Positions 37,727 through 46,056 of a stretch of DNA of 64,000 nucleotides are shown here, in pieces. Below the pieces are notes generated by a model. That model saw only the letters and a program-made list of their open reading frames with translations. It was not told the origin of the DNA and did no database searches. Position 1 is the first letter of the stretch; each line of letters opens with the position of its first letter. This DNA is from Fibrobacteria bacterium (GTDB taxonomy: Bacteria; Fibrobacterota; Fibrobacteria; UBA11236; JADFYW01). Where the stretch lies: positions 62,755 to 126,754 of the forward strand of contig JBNKOC010000008.1 of the NCBI GenBank assembly GCA_050294405.1. The letters run 5' to 3'. A program made the translations under genes and the position numbers.

Positions 37727-38416
37727 TTGAAAATGGTAAAATTTCGATTCCCAGCTAGCTTATTCTTATTTTTGTTGTTTATGGCGGGTTCTCAATGGGG
37801 CTTCGGCCAGTTTATCGGTTTTGAGGACGCTCCAACCCAACGCGGCAATGTGCAGCGGGGTGCTGGCACCCTTGAAGGCATGGTGGTGGAAAAAAGAGTA
37901 GGAGCCACTCCCGATGAGAAAGACGTAACCATTACCTTCATTTTAACAGAAATGCCTTCTGCCTTTTTTGATTATTACGACCTTGAAAAAAAAGCGGTGG
38001 TTCTGGATCTTTACGATGTGGAAGTGGGGGAGAGTGCCATTGACACCTTAAAAGAGCACCCTATTACCCACAGTTACCTGGAACAGACTCAGGTAGACCT
38101 CAATAAAGAAGTGGCTGGTTTAAAACCAGATCTAAGAACTGTTGTGCGTATCACTTTGTTTACTCCTTATAACCTCAGTTATGCCATAGAAGAAGAGTTT
38201 GGAGTGGTCACATTGAAATTTAAATGGAGCCGAAAGATTGAAAAAAAATTGAATCGTTCCAAAAATTCCATCTACTGGAAATTTCCCCTGGCCACAGCGG
38301 TTTTGGCAGGTATCGGTTACTACTCTTACGATCGCTGGTTTAAAGAAGAAACCGTTGGTCCCTCTTGCCCTGTTTGTGACGAAGCGGGCGAATTGCCAAA
38401 CCATCCTGGCAATTAG
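37727..38416 (+). CDS. exported protein with AMIN-like domain and C-terminal hydrophobic segment
   Basis: Signal peptide; AMIN-like pattern (VVLDLYD...VVRITL...Y); C-terminal hydrophobic helix then CPVC and LPNHP. Confidence 0.45.
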   Translation: MKMVKFRFPASLFLFLLFMAGSQWGFGQFIGFEDAPTQRGNVQRGAGTLEGMVVEKRVGATPDEKDVTITFILTEMPSAFFDYYDLEKKAVVLDLYDVEVGESAIDTLKEHPITHSYLEQTQVDLNKEVAGLKPDLRTVVRITLFTPYNLSYAIEEEFGVVTLKFKWSRKIEKKLNRSKNSIYWKFPLATAVLAGIGYYSYDRWFKEETVGPSCPVCDEAGELPNHPGN

Positions 38417-38506
38417 TCACAAAATTCCTTTCCATTTTTTTGACTTTCCATTTGAAAATATCATGGGGGCCGATTAGTTTTTGTTAAAAATTTTAAGGAA
38501 TAAGGC

Positions 38507-39685
38507 ATGAGCTATAAAATACTGACTCTCAATAAAATTTCCCCCGAAGGCTTAAAAAACTTTAATGGCAATTATGCCGTTTCCGATGGAGAAAACACTC
38601 CTGACGCAATATTGGTGCGCAGCGCAAAAGTAGCCACCGACAACTACGATGGTTTATTGGCTGTGGCCAGAGCAGGGGCAGGAGTAAATAACATTACCAT
38701 TGGCGAAGCCACTAAAAAAGGTGTGTGTGTATTTAATACTCCCGGGGCAAACGCTAATGCCGTGGCCGAGTTGGTTATGACCATGATGGGCTTTGCCGCC
38801 CGAAACATTGGTGAGAGCCTGGATTATACCGCTACTCTGGTGTCTGAAGAAAGTGACGAAGTTATTTCCAAGGCTGTTGAAGCAAACAAATCAAACTTCA
38901 GAGGTTTTGAATTAAAAGGCAAAAAGCTAGCCGTTATTGGCCTGGGCAAAATTGGAGTGCTCGTTTCTAACTACGCCATTGATCACGGTATGGAAGTTAA
39001 TGCTTACGACCCCTGGCCCACTATTGGAAACGTTCATTATTTAAATTCCAAAGTAAATATCTGTGGAAACTTTAATGATGCCATTAACGATGCGGAGTTA
39101 ATTACGGTGCATGTTCCCTTAAGCGATAAAACCCGTGATCTGGTTGGCAGCGACGAACTGGAATTGGTAAAGGACGGATGTATATTGTTGAATTTTGCCC
39201 GCGATGGCATTATCAATGACGATGCCATTGAAGAAGGTATCAAATCTGGCAAAGTTGCGAAGTTTGTAACTGATTTTCCTAAAAAAAGGTTTCTAAACAA
39301 TAAGAATGTGATTTCCACTCCTCATTTGGGAGCAAGCACCTCTGAGTCTGAGGAAAATTGCGCTGTAATGGCGGTAAATCAACTTAGTGAATATCTGGAA
39401 TTTGGAACTGTAACAAACTCTGTAAACTTTCCTATCATAGAGGCGCCAGTCCAAAAATCCACTAAAAGCCGTATTATCGTTATTACGGAAGATATTCCCA
39501 ATATGATTGCTAACATCACAAAGGTAATCGGAGAAACGGGCCTTAACATCGTATCTTTCAGTAATGAAAGCAACGGAAAAATTGGATATAACATCATAGA
39601 TTTGGATACTGCAGTTGAAGAAAGTGTCGTAAGCAGCATCAATTCTTTGGGAAATATCATCAAAGTTCGTCTTATACAATTCTAA
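38507..39685 (+). CDS. serA: D-3-phosphoglycerate dehydrogenase (with ACT domain)
   Basis: ARAGAGVNNI, NTPGANANAV, GLGKIG, NFARD, TPHLGAST, C-terminal ACT domain. Confidence 0.9.
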   Translation: MSYKILTLNKISPEGLKNFNGNYAVSDGENTPDAILVRSAKVATDNYDGLLAVARAGAGVNNITIGEATKKGVCVFNTPGANANAVAELVMTMMGFAARNIGESLDYTATLVSEESDEVISKAVEANKSNFRGFELKGKKLAVIGLGKIGVLVSNYAIDHGMEVNAYDPWPTIGNVHYLNSKVNICGNFNDAINDAELITVHVPLSDKTRDLVGSDELELVKDGCILLNFARDGIINDDAIEEGIKSGKVAKFVTDFPKKRFLNNKNVISTPHLGASTSESEENCAVMAVNQLSEYLEFGTVTNSVNFPIIEAPVQKSTKSRIIVITEDIPNMIANITKVIGETGLNIVSFSNESNGKIGYNIIDLDTAVEESVVSSINSLGNIIKVRLIQF

Positions 39686-39721
39686 AAACATCGCTTAATA
39701 TTTAAAAATTGCCGTTTTTGG

Positions 39722-39766
39722 CAAAAAAACCCAGACTTTTAAAATTTGAATTTCTGGGTTTTTTTG
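39722..39766 (+). terminator. intrinsic terminator after serA
   Basis: 14-bp perfect inverted repeat CAAAAAAACCCAGA / TCTGGGTTTTTTTG with a 17-nt loop. Confidence 0.7.
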
Positions 39767-39912
39767 TTGATTTGCTGTTCTATAATGTTTTATGATTATT
39801 TTGTTGTTTTAGCATTTTGAAATTCAGTTATTTGAAAATAATGCATTGGAAGTTAATCTGGTAATGTTTGAAATAAGCAAGGATGATTTAAATAGGCTAG
39901 CTGCCTGATGTT

Positions 39913-40560
39913 ATGAAGAATTTTAGAATCGCTGTCTGGCTTATGGTACTCGGCTTCCTATGTGCCACATCCACTTTGGCTCAGCAGGAATATCTGCTTC
40001 GCCCGGGAGACATTATTGTGGTTTCTGTTGTGGATAACCCAGAATTTTCTGTTCGCTCAAAAATCAGACCAGATGGCAGAATTAACTTTCCCGTTTTAGG
40101 TGACATCGAAGTTGCAGGTAAAAATACAACAGGAATTGTGGCCATGATGGAAGAAAAGCTACAGCCCTATGTAAATAATGCTGCTGTTAGCGTGACGATT
40201 GAGCAGTATTTTGCCAATAAAATATTTTTGATTGGGGATTTAAATGCCAATGGCGAATTTGAAATTTTTGAACCTATTGACGTTATTCGGGCTATAGCCA
40301 TGGCTGGAGGTCTTAAAAACCCCAAAGCCAAAGAGGCAAGAATTATCAAAGGCAATGGGGAAGTTATTTCTGTTCCCCTTCGCAAGTTATTTACAACAGC
40401 CGGTGCCGCAAAAAATGAGAGCTATTTGCTACACCCGGGTGATACATTTTATGTTCCTAAACCGTTTAGCATTCCCTGGAGCTCATGGAATTTGGTGGTA
40501 GCGACCTTGTCCTCTACCATTGTGTTGTATTTCTTAATACAGCAGCTGGGCGGCAGCTAA
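39913..40560 (+). CDS. wza: polysaccharide export protein (Wza/OPX family, short form)
   Basis: YLLRPGD, IRPDGRINFPVLG, VAG, SLBB (AIAMAGG), LHPGDTFYVP, C-terminal hydrophobic helix. Confidence 0.88.
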   Translation: MKNFRIAVWLMVLGFLCATSTLAQQEYLLRPGDIIVVSVVDNPEFSVRSKIRPDGRINFPVLGDIEVAGKNTTGIVAMMEEKLQPYVNNAAVSVTIEQYFANKIFLIGDLNANGEFEIFEPIDVIRAIAMAGGLKNPKAKEARIIKGNGEVISVPLRKLFTTAGAAKNESYLLHPGDTFYVPKPFSIPWSSWNLVVATLSSTIVLYFLIQQLGGS

Positions 40561-40579
40561 TTTAATTTTATAATATACC

Positions 40580-41458
40580 TTGGTTACTATGGAAAAAGTG
40601 GAGAACAGCTATCTTTCCTTTTTCGCATTGCATAAATTCCCATTTGACGAGTCCAAAGACACGTCCTTCTTTTTTGAAAGTGACGATCATTTGGAAGCTC
40701 TGGAGAGGCTGGAATATATTGTAAATGACGGAAATATGAATTTTGGGCTGCTTACAGGCGAAGTGGGTAGCGGTAAAACCATGCTTAGAATGGTTTTGGA
40801 AAACCGAATGGACCGAACCCAGTTTGAGCCCGCAGTTTTGGAAAACTCTTTTTATCCCTTTGAAGATATTGTTTATGAAATCATAACCCAAATAAAGAAT
40901 ATTTCCGGCCAGCATTTTTTCCTTCAGGAATCAGAGCTTCCAGCCCGGGGCGATAAATATGGATTAGTGAGTACTCTTAAAAAAATTATGGAGCTAATTC
41001 ACCTTAAGGAAAATCGTCGGCTTGTCATAATTATGGACGAAGCCCAACAGCTAGATGTTAAGGATTTGGATGAATTAAAGAACCTAACCAATATTTCTGC
41101 AGATGGGGTCAATTTGGTGACCATCATTTTGGCGGGACAGCCGGAGCTAAGAGAAAAGGTAAGGGCGTTAAAACAGGTAGATCAGCGCATTAGCCTTCGA
41201 TTCCACCTAAATAACCTACATTTTGAAGATACCAAAAAATACGTGGAGCACCGGCTTAAGGTAGCTGGCCATAAGTCCGGAAAATTGCTTTCCGATAAAG
41301 CATTAGAAGTCTTATTTCGTTATACCCTGGGCGTGCCAAGGGAAATCAATCGAGCCTGTAAATTATCCCTTGAACATGCCTTTGCAAATGATAGAGGATT
41401 AGTAGAGGAAGAAATTGTAAAAACAGTTCTCGAGGATTTGGAACGCCATCGGTTATAA
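40580..41458 (+). CDS. ExeA/GspA-like AAA ATPase
   Basis: FFALHKFPF, HLEALERL, LTGEVGSGKT, IMDEAQ, LAGQPEL, QRI, GVPREIN. Confidence 0.9.
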   Translation: MVTMEKVENSYLSFFALHKFPFDESKDTSFFFESDDHLEALERLEYIVNDGNMNFGLLTGEVGSGKTMLRMVLENRMDRTQFEPAVLENSFYPFEDIVYEIITQIKNISGQHFFLQESELPARGDKYGLVSTLKKIMELIHLKENRRLVIIMDEAQQLDVKDLDELKNLTNISADGVNLVTIILAGQPELREKVRALKQVDQRISLRFHLNNLHFEDTKKYVEHRLKVAGHKSGKLLSDKALEVLFRYTLGVPREINRACKLSLEHAFANDRGLVEEEIVKTVLEDLERHRL

Positions 41459-44415
41459 TGGAAGAACCCAAGAAAAAAGCACTCAGTTTTCTTTCCATAC
41501 GGAACAAAAAGCAGGGAAAGTTTTCTTCCTTTGAGGAAGAAGATGTTATCGAAGTTGAGGAAGAAAAAAGCGAGCATTCTTTTAAATCCCGGCGTAGCGG
41601 TTATAAAGCTGCTGATAACACCCGACTGGAATCAAGTGTATATGATGGTGATGGGGAAGAGGACTTTGATGTATTTAAATATATAGGTCTTATTGTAAGT
41701 CGTAAATATTGGTTTTTGGGTGGGGTAGCTGTAATGGTTATCATTTGCCTGTTAATTAATTCCAGGCTGCCTAAAATATACAGCAGTACAACGCGTCTAT
41801 CTGTGAAAGTGCATCCAATTGAAGATGCACTGGGAAACATTTTTTATGGGAATTTTACTGAGCGGGCCTTTTTGGCGTCAAACCATTTGGAAAATTTAAA
41901 GACTCCCGATGAGGATTTTTTAAAGCATGTAATAAATCTACTGGATACCAATCTTACCACCAGAGAAATTCGTTCCATATACAAAGTAAAATTGGAACCG
42001 GATTCTGATATGCTAATTTTAAGAGTGACCTCTTCCAATGCAAAGCAGGCCAAAAAAATAGCAGACGCGCTGGCAAAAGCCTATGAGGATTATGATCTCA
42101 AATTTAGGCAAAAGAATTTTATGGAAAAGGAAAAATGGATAATATCACAGTTGGATTTGCACTCCGATAAGCTAAATACCCTTGAAGTTTCCATTAAAGA
42201 CTTTAAAGAAAAATATCCAAAGTTTAACCCGAAAAATTTTAATGATGAAATTTTCCAATTGGAATCTCAATTGAAAAATTTAACGCTCACCATGGAAGAA
42301 GATAAGCAAAAATTGGATTTGGTTTCTTCCGCCTTTGCCAGGGCGGATTCTGTGGTGGTCGCAGAGGTTACCCGTGACAGGCCATTACAAAAAGAACTTT
42401 TAACTCTGGAAGTGGAGTTGGCGAAGTTAAAGGTGAATTATGGTGAGGAAAGCCGCCAGGTTAAGGAAACCATGCAGCAAATGGAAAATATAAAATCCCT
42501 ATTGGACCAGGATATTGAAACTAAATCATACACAACAATTTTGCAGGCAAACCCTCGCTATCAAAATTTGCAAGGGCAATTAGATGAACTCCGTTCAGAA
42601 AACAAAGTAAAATCTGCTCGCAAGAAAGAATTGGAAAAGATGTTGGAAGAAGCTTACCGTCAATCTTCTGAACAACCGGAATTGCAGTTGGAATATATTC
42701 GCTTGGAAAGGGAGCGCTCAGCCTCCGAAAAATTGTATAACATGCTAAAGGAAAACCTGGAAGAAACCCGTCTTAAAAAATCAGGTGTCAACCGGGAAGT
42801 ATATCAGATTGGTCAGGCCAGCGCCCCTTCTTTAGCTACCAAGGGCAAACTAAACTTATGGGCTATTTTAGGCTTGAGTATTGCTTTTGGAATAGGCCTT
42901 TGTGTAGTTGTGGATAAATTAGACAGAAGTATTCGCTTTCCTTTAGAGATTGAAAAAAAATTGGGGATTCCTGTATTGGGTATTATTCCAGAGTTGGCTC
43001 AGGGAGCCAATAAAATAACCATAGATTCAGATTCAAAAATTATTGAGCCTTATAGAAACTTGCGTACCAACATAAATTACTCTTCCATTCGGAAAACTTC
43101 AGATTGTCAAACTCTGATTATAACCAGCGCCTTGCAGGGAGAAGGAAAAACCACCAAAGCTGTGAACCTGGCTATTTGTTTTTCATTGGATGGAAAAAAG
43201 GTATTGTTGGTGGATGCGGATATGCGTCGTTCCAGCATACATGGAATTTTAAACTGTGAAAAAGGTCCCGGTTTATCGGAGTATTTGACCGGACAAAATG
43301 ATTTGGACGATGTAATGCAAAAAACATCTTATCCTGGATTATTTTTAACCAGTTCAGGAGAGAGAATGCCAAATCCTGCCGAGATATTGGGCAGTGAAGG
43401 GCTTTTGAAATTTATTTCCGATGCTAAAAAACACTTTGATGTTATCTTATTTGATTCTCCCGCAATTTTCCCAGTGAGTGATGCCTTGGTTTTAGCTCCC
43501 CTAATGGATGCGGTACTGGTGGTTTTTCGCTCCAATTATACCCCAATGAAGGCGGGCGAAGAAGTGCTGAAAAAGCTGCGAAGGTTAAATGCCCACATTG
43601 TGGGGGGAGTTCTTAATGATGTGGATGCTGGCAAGGGAAAATATTATTACAGCTATTATGGATATTATGGTTACTCTTATTACCACAACTACTACGATGA
43701 GAATCCCAAGAATCCCAGGGAAAATAAAATTGGCGGAGCGGTTACCGCCACTAAAAATAGCATTGGTAATTTTTATAGGAAATTCCAAGCGGTTAAAAAA
43801 AGACCAGAAGAAAAATCGCATAAAAATCGCAGAGCAAGTAGAAGTAAGTTAAATGTAGCTCTGATTGTTCTATCGCTTTTGCTTTTATTATCAGGGGCTG
43901 GACTGCTCGTTATTAAAAAACTCCAGGTTCCCGAGTTCATTCCAATTCAGGATTTTAAAGAAGTTGAAAAAACTGTGGAAACTAAAAAAGCAGAAATACC
44001 TCCAATTAAATCAAATGGAAATTACGAAGATTCATTGCAAATTCGCACTCAATTGAGCAATTGGGCCAATGGATTAGGGCAACTCAATTTGCCGCTTTAC
44101 TTGAGTAACTATTCGGTGGTAAAATTTGAATTTAAGGGTGGCGGCTTTGAGGACTGGAAAGTTCGAAAACAAGCTGAGTTTAAAAACATACAGGACATTA
44201 AATTAAAAATTGAACAAATCGAAATAGATTTGGATAAACCTCAGGCAAGGGTAAAATTTTTACAAACTCTGAATGTAGATGGCAACGAAACTCAATATGA
44301 AAAAGTTCAATATTGGGAAAAAGAGGATAAAAGATGGGGGATCGTTCGAGAGGGTATTCTGTCTGCTCAGCAGGAAATTGGAGCAAAGGAATTGACCCAT
44401 GAAATTACTGAATAA
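41458..44415 (+). CDS. wzc: Wzc-like polysaccharide co-polymerase/BY-kinase with extra C-terminal TM and NTF2-like domain
   Basis: TM1, periplasmic coiled coil, TM2, EPYRNLRTNI, Walker A GEGKTT, LVDADMRR, FDSP, Tyr cluster; then about 240 extra residues. Confidence 0.88.
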   Translation: MEEPKKKALSFLSIRNKKQGKFSSFEEEDVIEVEEEKSEHSFKSRRSGYKAADNTRLESSVYDGDGEEDFDVFKYIGLIVSRKYWFLGGVAVMVIICLLINSRLPKIYSSTTRLSVKVHPIEDALGNIFYGNFTERAFLASNHLENLKTPDEDFLKHVINLLDTNLTTREIRSIYKVKLEPDSDMLILRVTSSNAKQAKKIADALAKAYEDYDLKFRQKNFMEKEKWIISQLDLHSDKLNTLEVSIKDFKEKYPKFNPKNFNDEIFQLESQLKNLTLTMEEDKQKLDLVSSAFARADSVVVAEVTRDRPLQKELLTLEVELAKLKVNYGEESRQVKETMQQMENIKSLLDQDIETKSYTTILQANPRYQNLQGQLDELRSENKVKSARKKELEKMLEEAYRQSSEQPELQLEYIRLERERSASEKLYNMLKENLEETRLKKSGVNREVYQIGQASAPSLATKGKLNLWAILGLSIAFGIGLCVVVDKLDRSIRFPLEIEKKLGIPVLGIIPELAQGANKITIDSDSKIIEPYRNLRTNINYSSIRKTSDCQTLIITSALQGEGKTTKAVNLAICFSLDGKKVLLVDADMRRSSIHGILNCEKGPGLSEYLTGQNDLDDVMQKTSYPGLFLTSSGERMPNPAEILGSEGLLKFISDAKKHFDVILFDSPAIFPVSDALVLAPLMDAVLVVFRSNYTPMKAGEEVLKKLRRLNAHIVGGVLNDVDAGKGKYYYSYYGYYGYSYYHNYYDENPKNPRENKIGGAVTATKNSIGNFYRKFQAVKKRPEEKSHKNRRASRSKLNVALIVLSLLLLLSGAGLLVIKKLQVPEFIPIQDFKEVEKTVETKKAEIPPIKSNGNYEDSLQIRTQLSNWANGLGQLNLPLYLSNYSVVKFEFKGGGFEDWKVRKQAEFKNIQDIKLKIEQIEIDLDKPQARVKFLQTLNVDGNETQYEKVQYWEKEDKRWGIVREGILSAQQEIGAKELTHEITE

Positions 44416-45970
44416 CAAAGCGGCAAAGGTCTTAGCATTAGCTTGTTTATCCCTGGCTCTTTTAATTACATCGGGTTACGCTTATTGGGAATGGACCCAG
44501 CTGGAAACCGGAGAACCGGTTCAATACGCTCTGGTAGACGGGAACGTGGAACGTCCTGGTTATTACAAGATTACTGAATTCACCACAAATTACGACTTGC
44601 TTTTGAAAGCAGGTCTTAACGATAGTTCCGAGATTAATCACATTCAGCTAATACAAGCTGCTAATCCAGAGCAGGCCATTGAAGTGGAAGTAAGTAAAGA
44701 AAAGGTTGCGGCCAAAGCCTATACTAAATTTTTTGACCCCAAGGTGGTTTATTTTGAAGGGAATGTTACCGTTAAAAAGGAGCTTAAAATTGCAAATGTT
44801 AGGTATGAACAAGTTTTAGAAGAACAGGACAGGCTTTATACCAAGGCCGATGGAAAAGCCAGAATATCCTTCAAAAATCTGGCGGAAATGGACGTAAACA
44901 TCAATACTTCCATAAAAATAATGAACATGGACGATGAGGGGGAAATAGCCTTCACCAAAATCAAATTGGAAAATGGCTCTCTTTGGATTAAAGTTCCTAA
45001 AGATACTCCCGGATCTGTGTTAATTATCGAAACGCCCACTGCTGAACTAAGTCTTCCGGAAACGGAAGGGGAATTTATAATTTCCGCTAAACCTGAGGAA
45101 TCATCTATACATGCAGCCAAAGGTGCTGTAACTGTTAAGGAAATAAAAAGTGGCAAAAGCACCGTATTGTTAGAAAATCAAATTATCGTCTTAAATTCGA
45201 ATATTCAGGATTTAGACCCACTGCAACAAAATTTTGCTGAAGATGCTGCTAAAGAAGCCTTCGGAGATTTGGATAAATCCCTGGCTAGATTTAAAAAGAG
45301 CCGTGAAGAAGCTTCCATGTTACTTACTAGTCATGGGTTTAATATGTTAATTTCTTTGATACCAAATAAAAAAAGAATGGTAATAATGGATATTCCAAAA
45401 AATACCTATGTGGGAGATTATGTGGATGGGATTTTTAAATTAGACCAGAGTTTGCTCTTGGCCGGTAGTGAAATTACACGTGGGGTTGTGGAAAGGCTTT
45501 TGGGAAGACCTGTTCAGTACGTTGTGGATGTAGCCATTTCAGATTTGTATGCCTTTGCTGGGGATATAAATAACCTGAATGTTGAGGTGGATGGTTCCGC
45601 CGCACTTGTTTTAGGTATCCCTGCTGGATTACAAATGTTAAATAAGGATAAGATAATCCAATTCTTAGATCCCAAATTGCCTGGAGGCTACGCAGCTGCT
45701 GTAACCAGGCAAAAAAAAGTGTTTTATGCCTATTTGAAAAAAATAAAACAAGAAGGAGTTGGAAAATCTGCGGCCACAATAATGAGCCTGGTTTCCAGGC
45801 TTAGGACAAATTTATCAGCAAAAGATGCATTAAAATATTTTGAGATGTATACAGCAGAAGCAAATTGGCAAGTTTTAAATATTCAGATGCCCAGCAAACA
45901 AATAATTAAAGGCAATTTGGTAATGCAAAGTCCAGACTACGGTCGTATAAACCGCCTTTATACCCAATAA
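44399..45970 (+). CDS. membrane-anchored SLBB + FecR-like + LytR-CpsA-Psr(LCP)-like fusion protein
   Basis: N-terminal TM; SLBB (VDGNVERPGYY..LLLKAG); FecR-like (LEEQDRLYT, LENGSLW, IETPTA); LCP-like (IPKNTYV, VERLLG, GLQML, RQKKV, TNLS). Confidence 0.65.
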   Translation: MKLLNNKAAKVLALACLSLALLITSGYAYWEWTQLETGEPVQYALVDGNVERPGYYKITEFTTNYDLLLKAGLNDSSEINHIQLIQAANPEQAIEVEVSKEKVAAKAYTKFFDPKVVYFEGNVTVKKELKIANVRYEQVLEEQDRLYTKADGKARISFKNLAEMDVNINTSIKIMNMDDEGEIAFTKIKLENGSLWIKVPKDTPGSVLIIETPTAELSLPETEGEFIISAKPEESSIHAAKGAVTVKEIKSGKSTVLLENQIIVLNSNIQDLDPLQQNFAEDAAKEAFGDLDKSLARFKKSREEASMLLTSHGFNMLISLIPNKKRMVIMDIPKNTYVGDYVDGIFKLDQSLLLAGSEITRGVVERLLGRPVQYVVDVAISDLYAFAGDINNLNVEVDGSAALVLGIPAGLQMLNKDKIIQFLDPKLPGGYAAAVTRQKKVFYAYLKKIKQEGVGKSAATIMSLVSRLRTNLSAKDALKYFEMYTAEANWQVLNIQMPSKQIIKGNLVMQSPDYGRINRLYTQ

Positions 45971-46056
45971 TATTGTCCTGTTTTTAATTCCTTAAAAATA
46001 GTTTGACTTCACTTGGGGGAAACTGGATTTTCATACAAAGGGAGATTTTAACCTCA

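Noticed and set aside
39770..39912. ops/JUMPstart antitermination element before wza
   Set aside because: No GGCGGTAG-like core found.
43639..43695. TAT/TAC-rich tandem-like DNA
   Set aside because: Simply encodes the Wzc tyrosine cluster.
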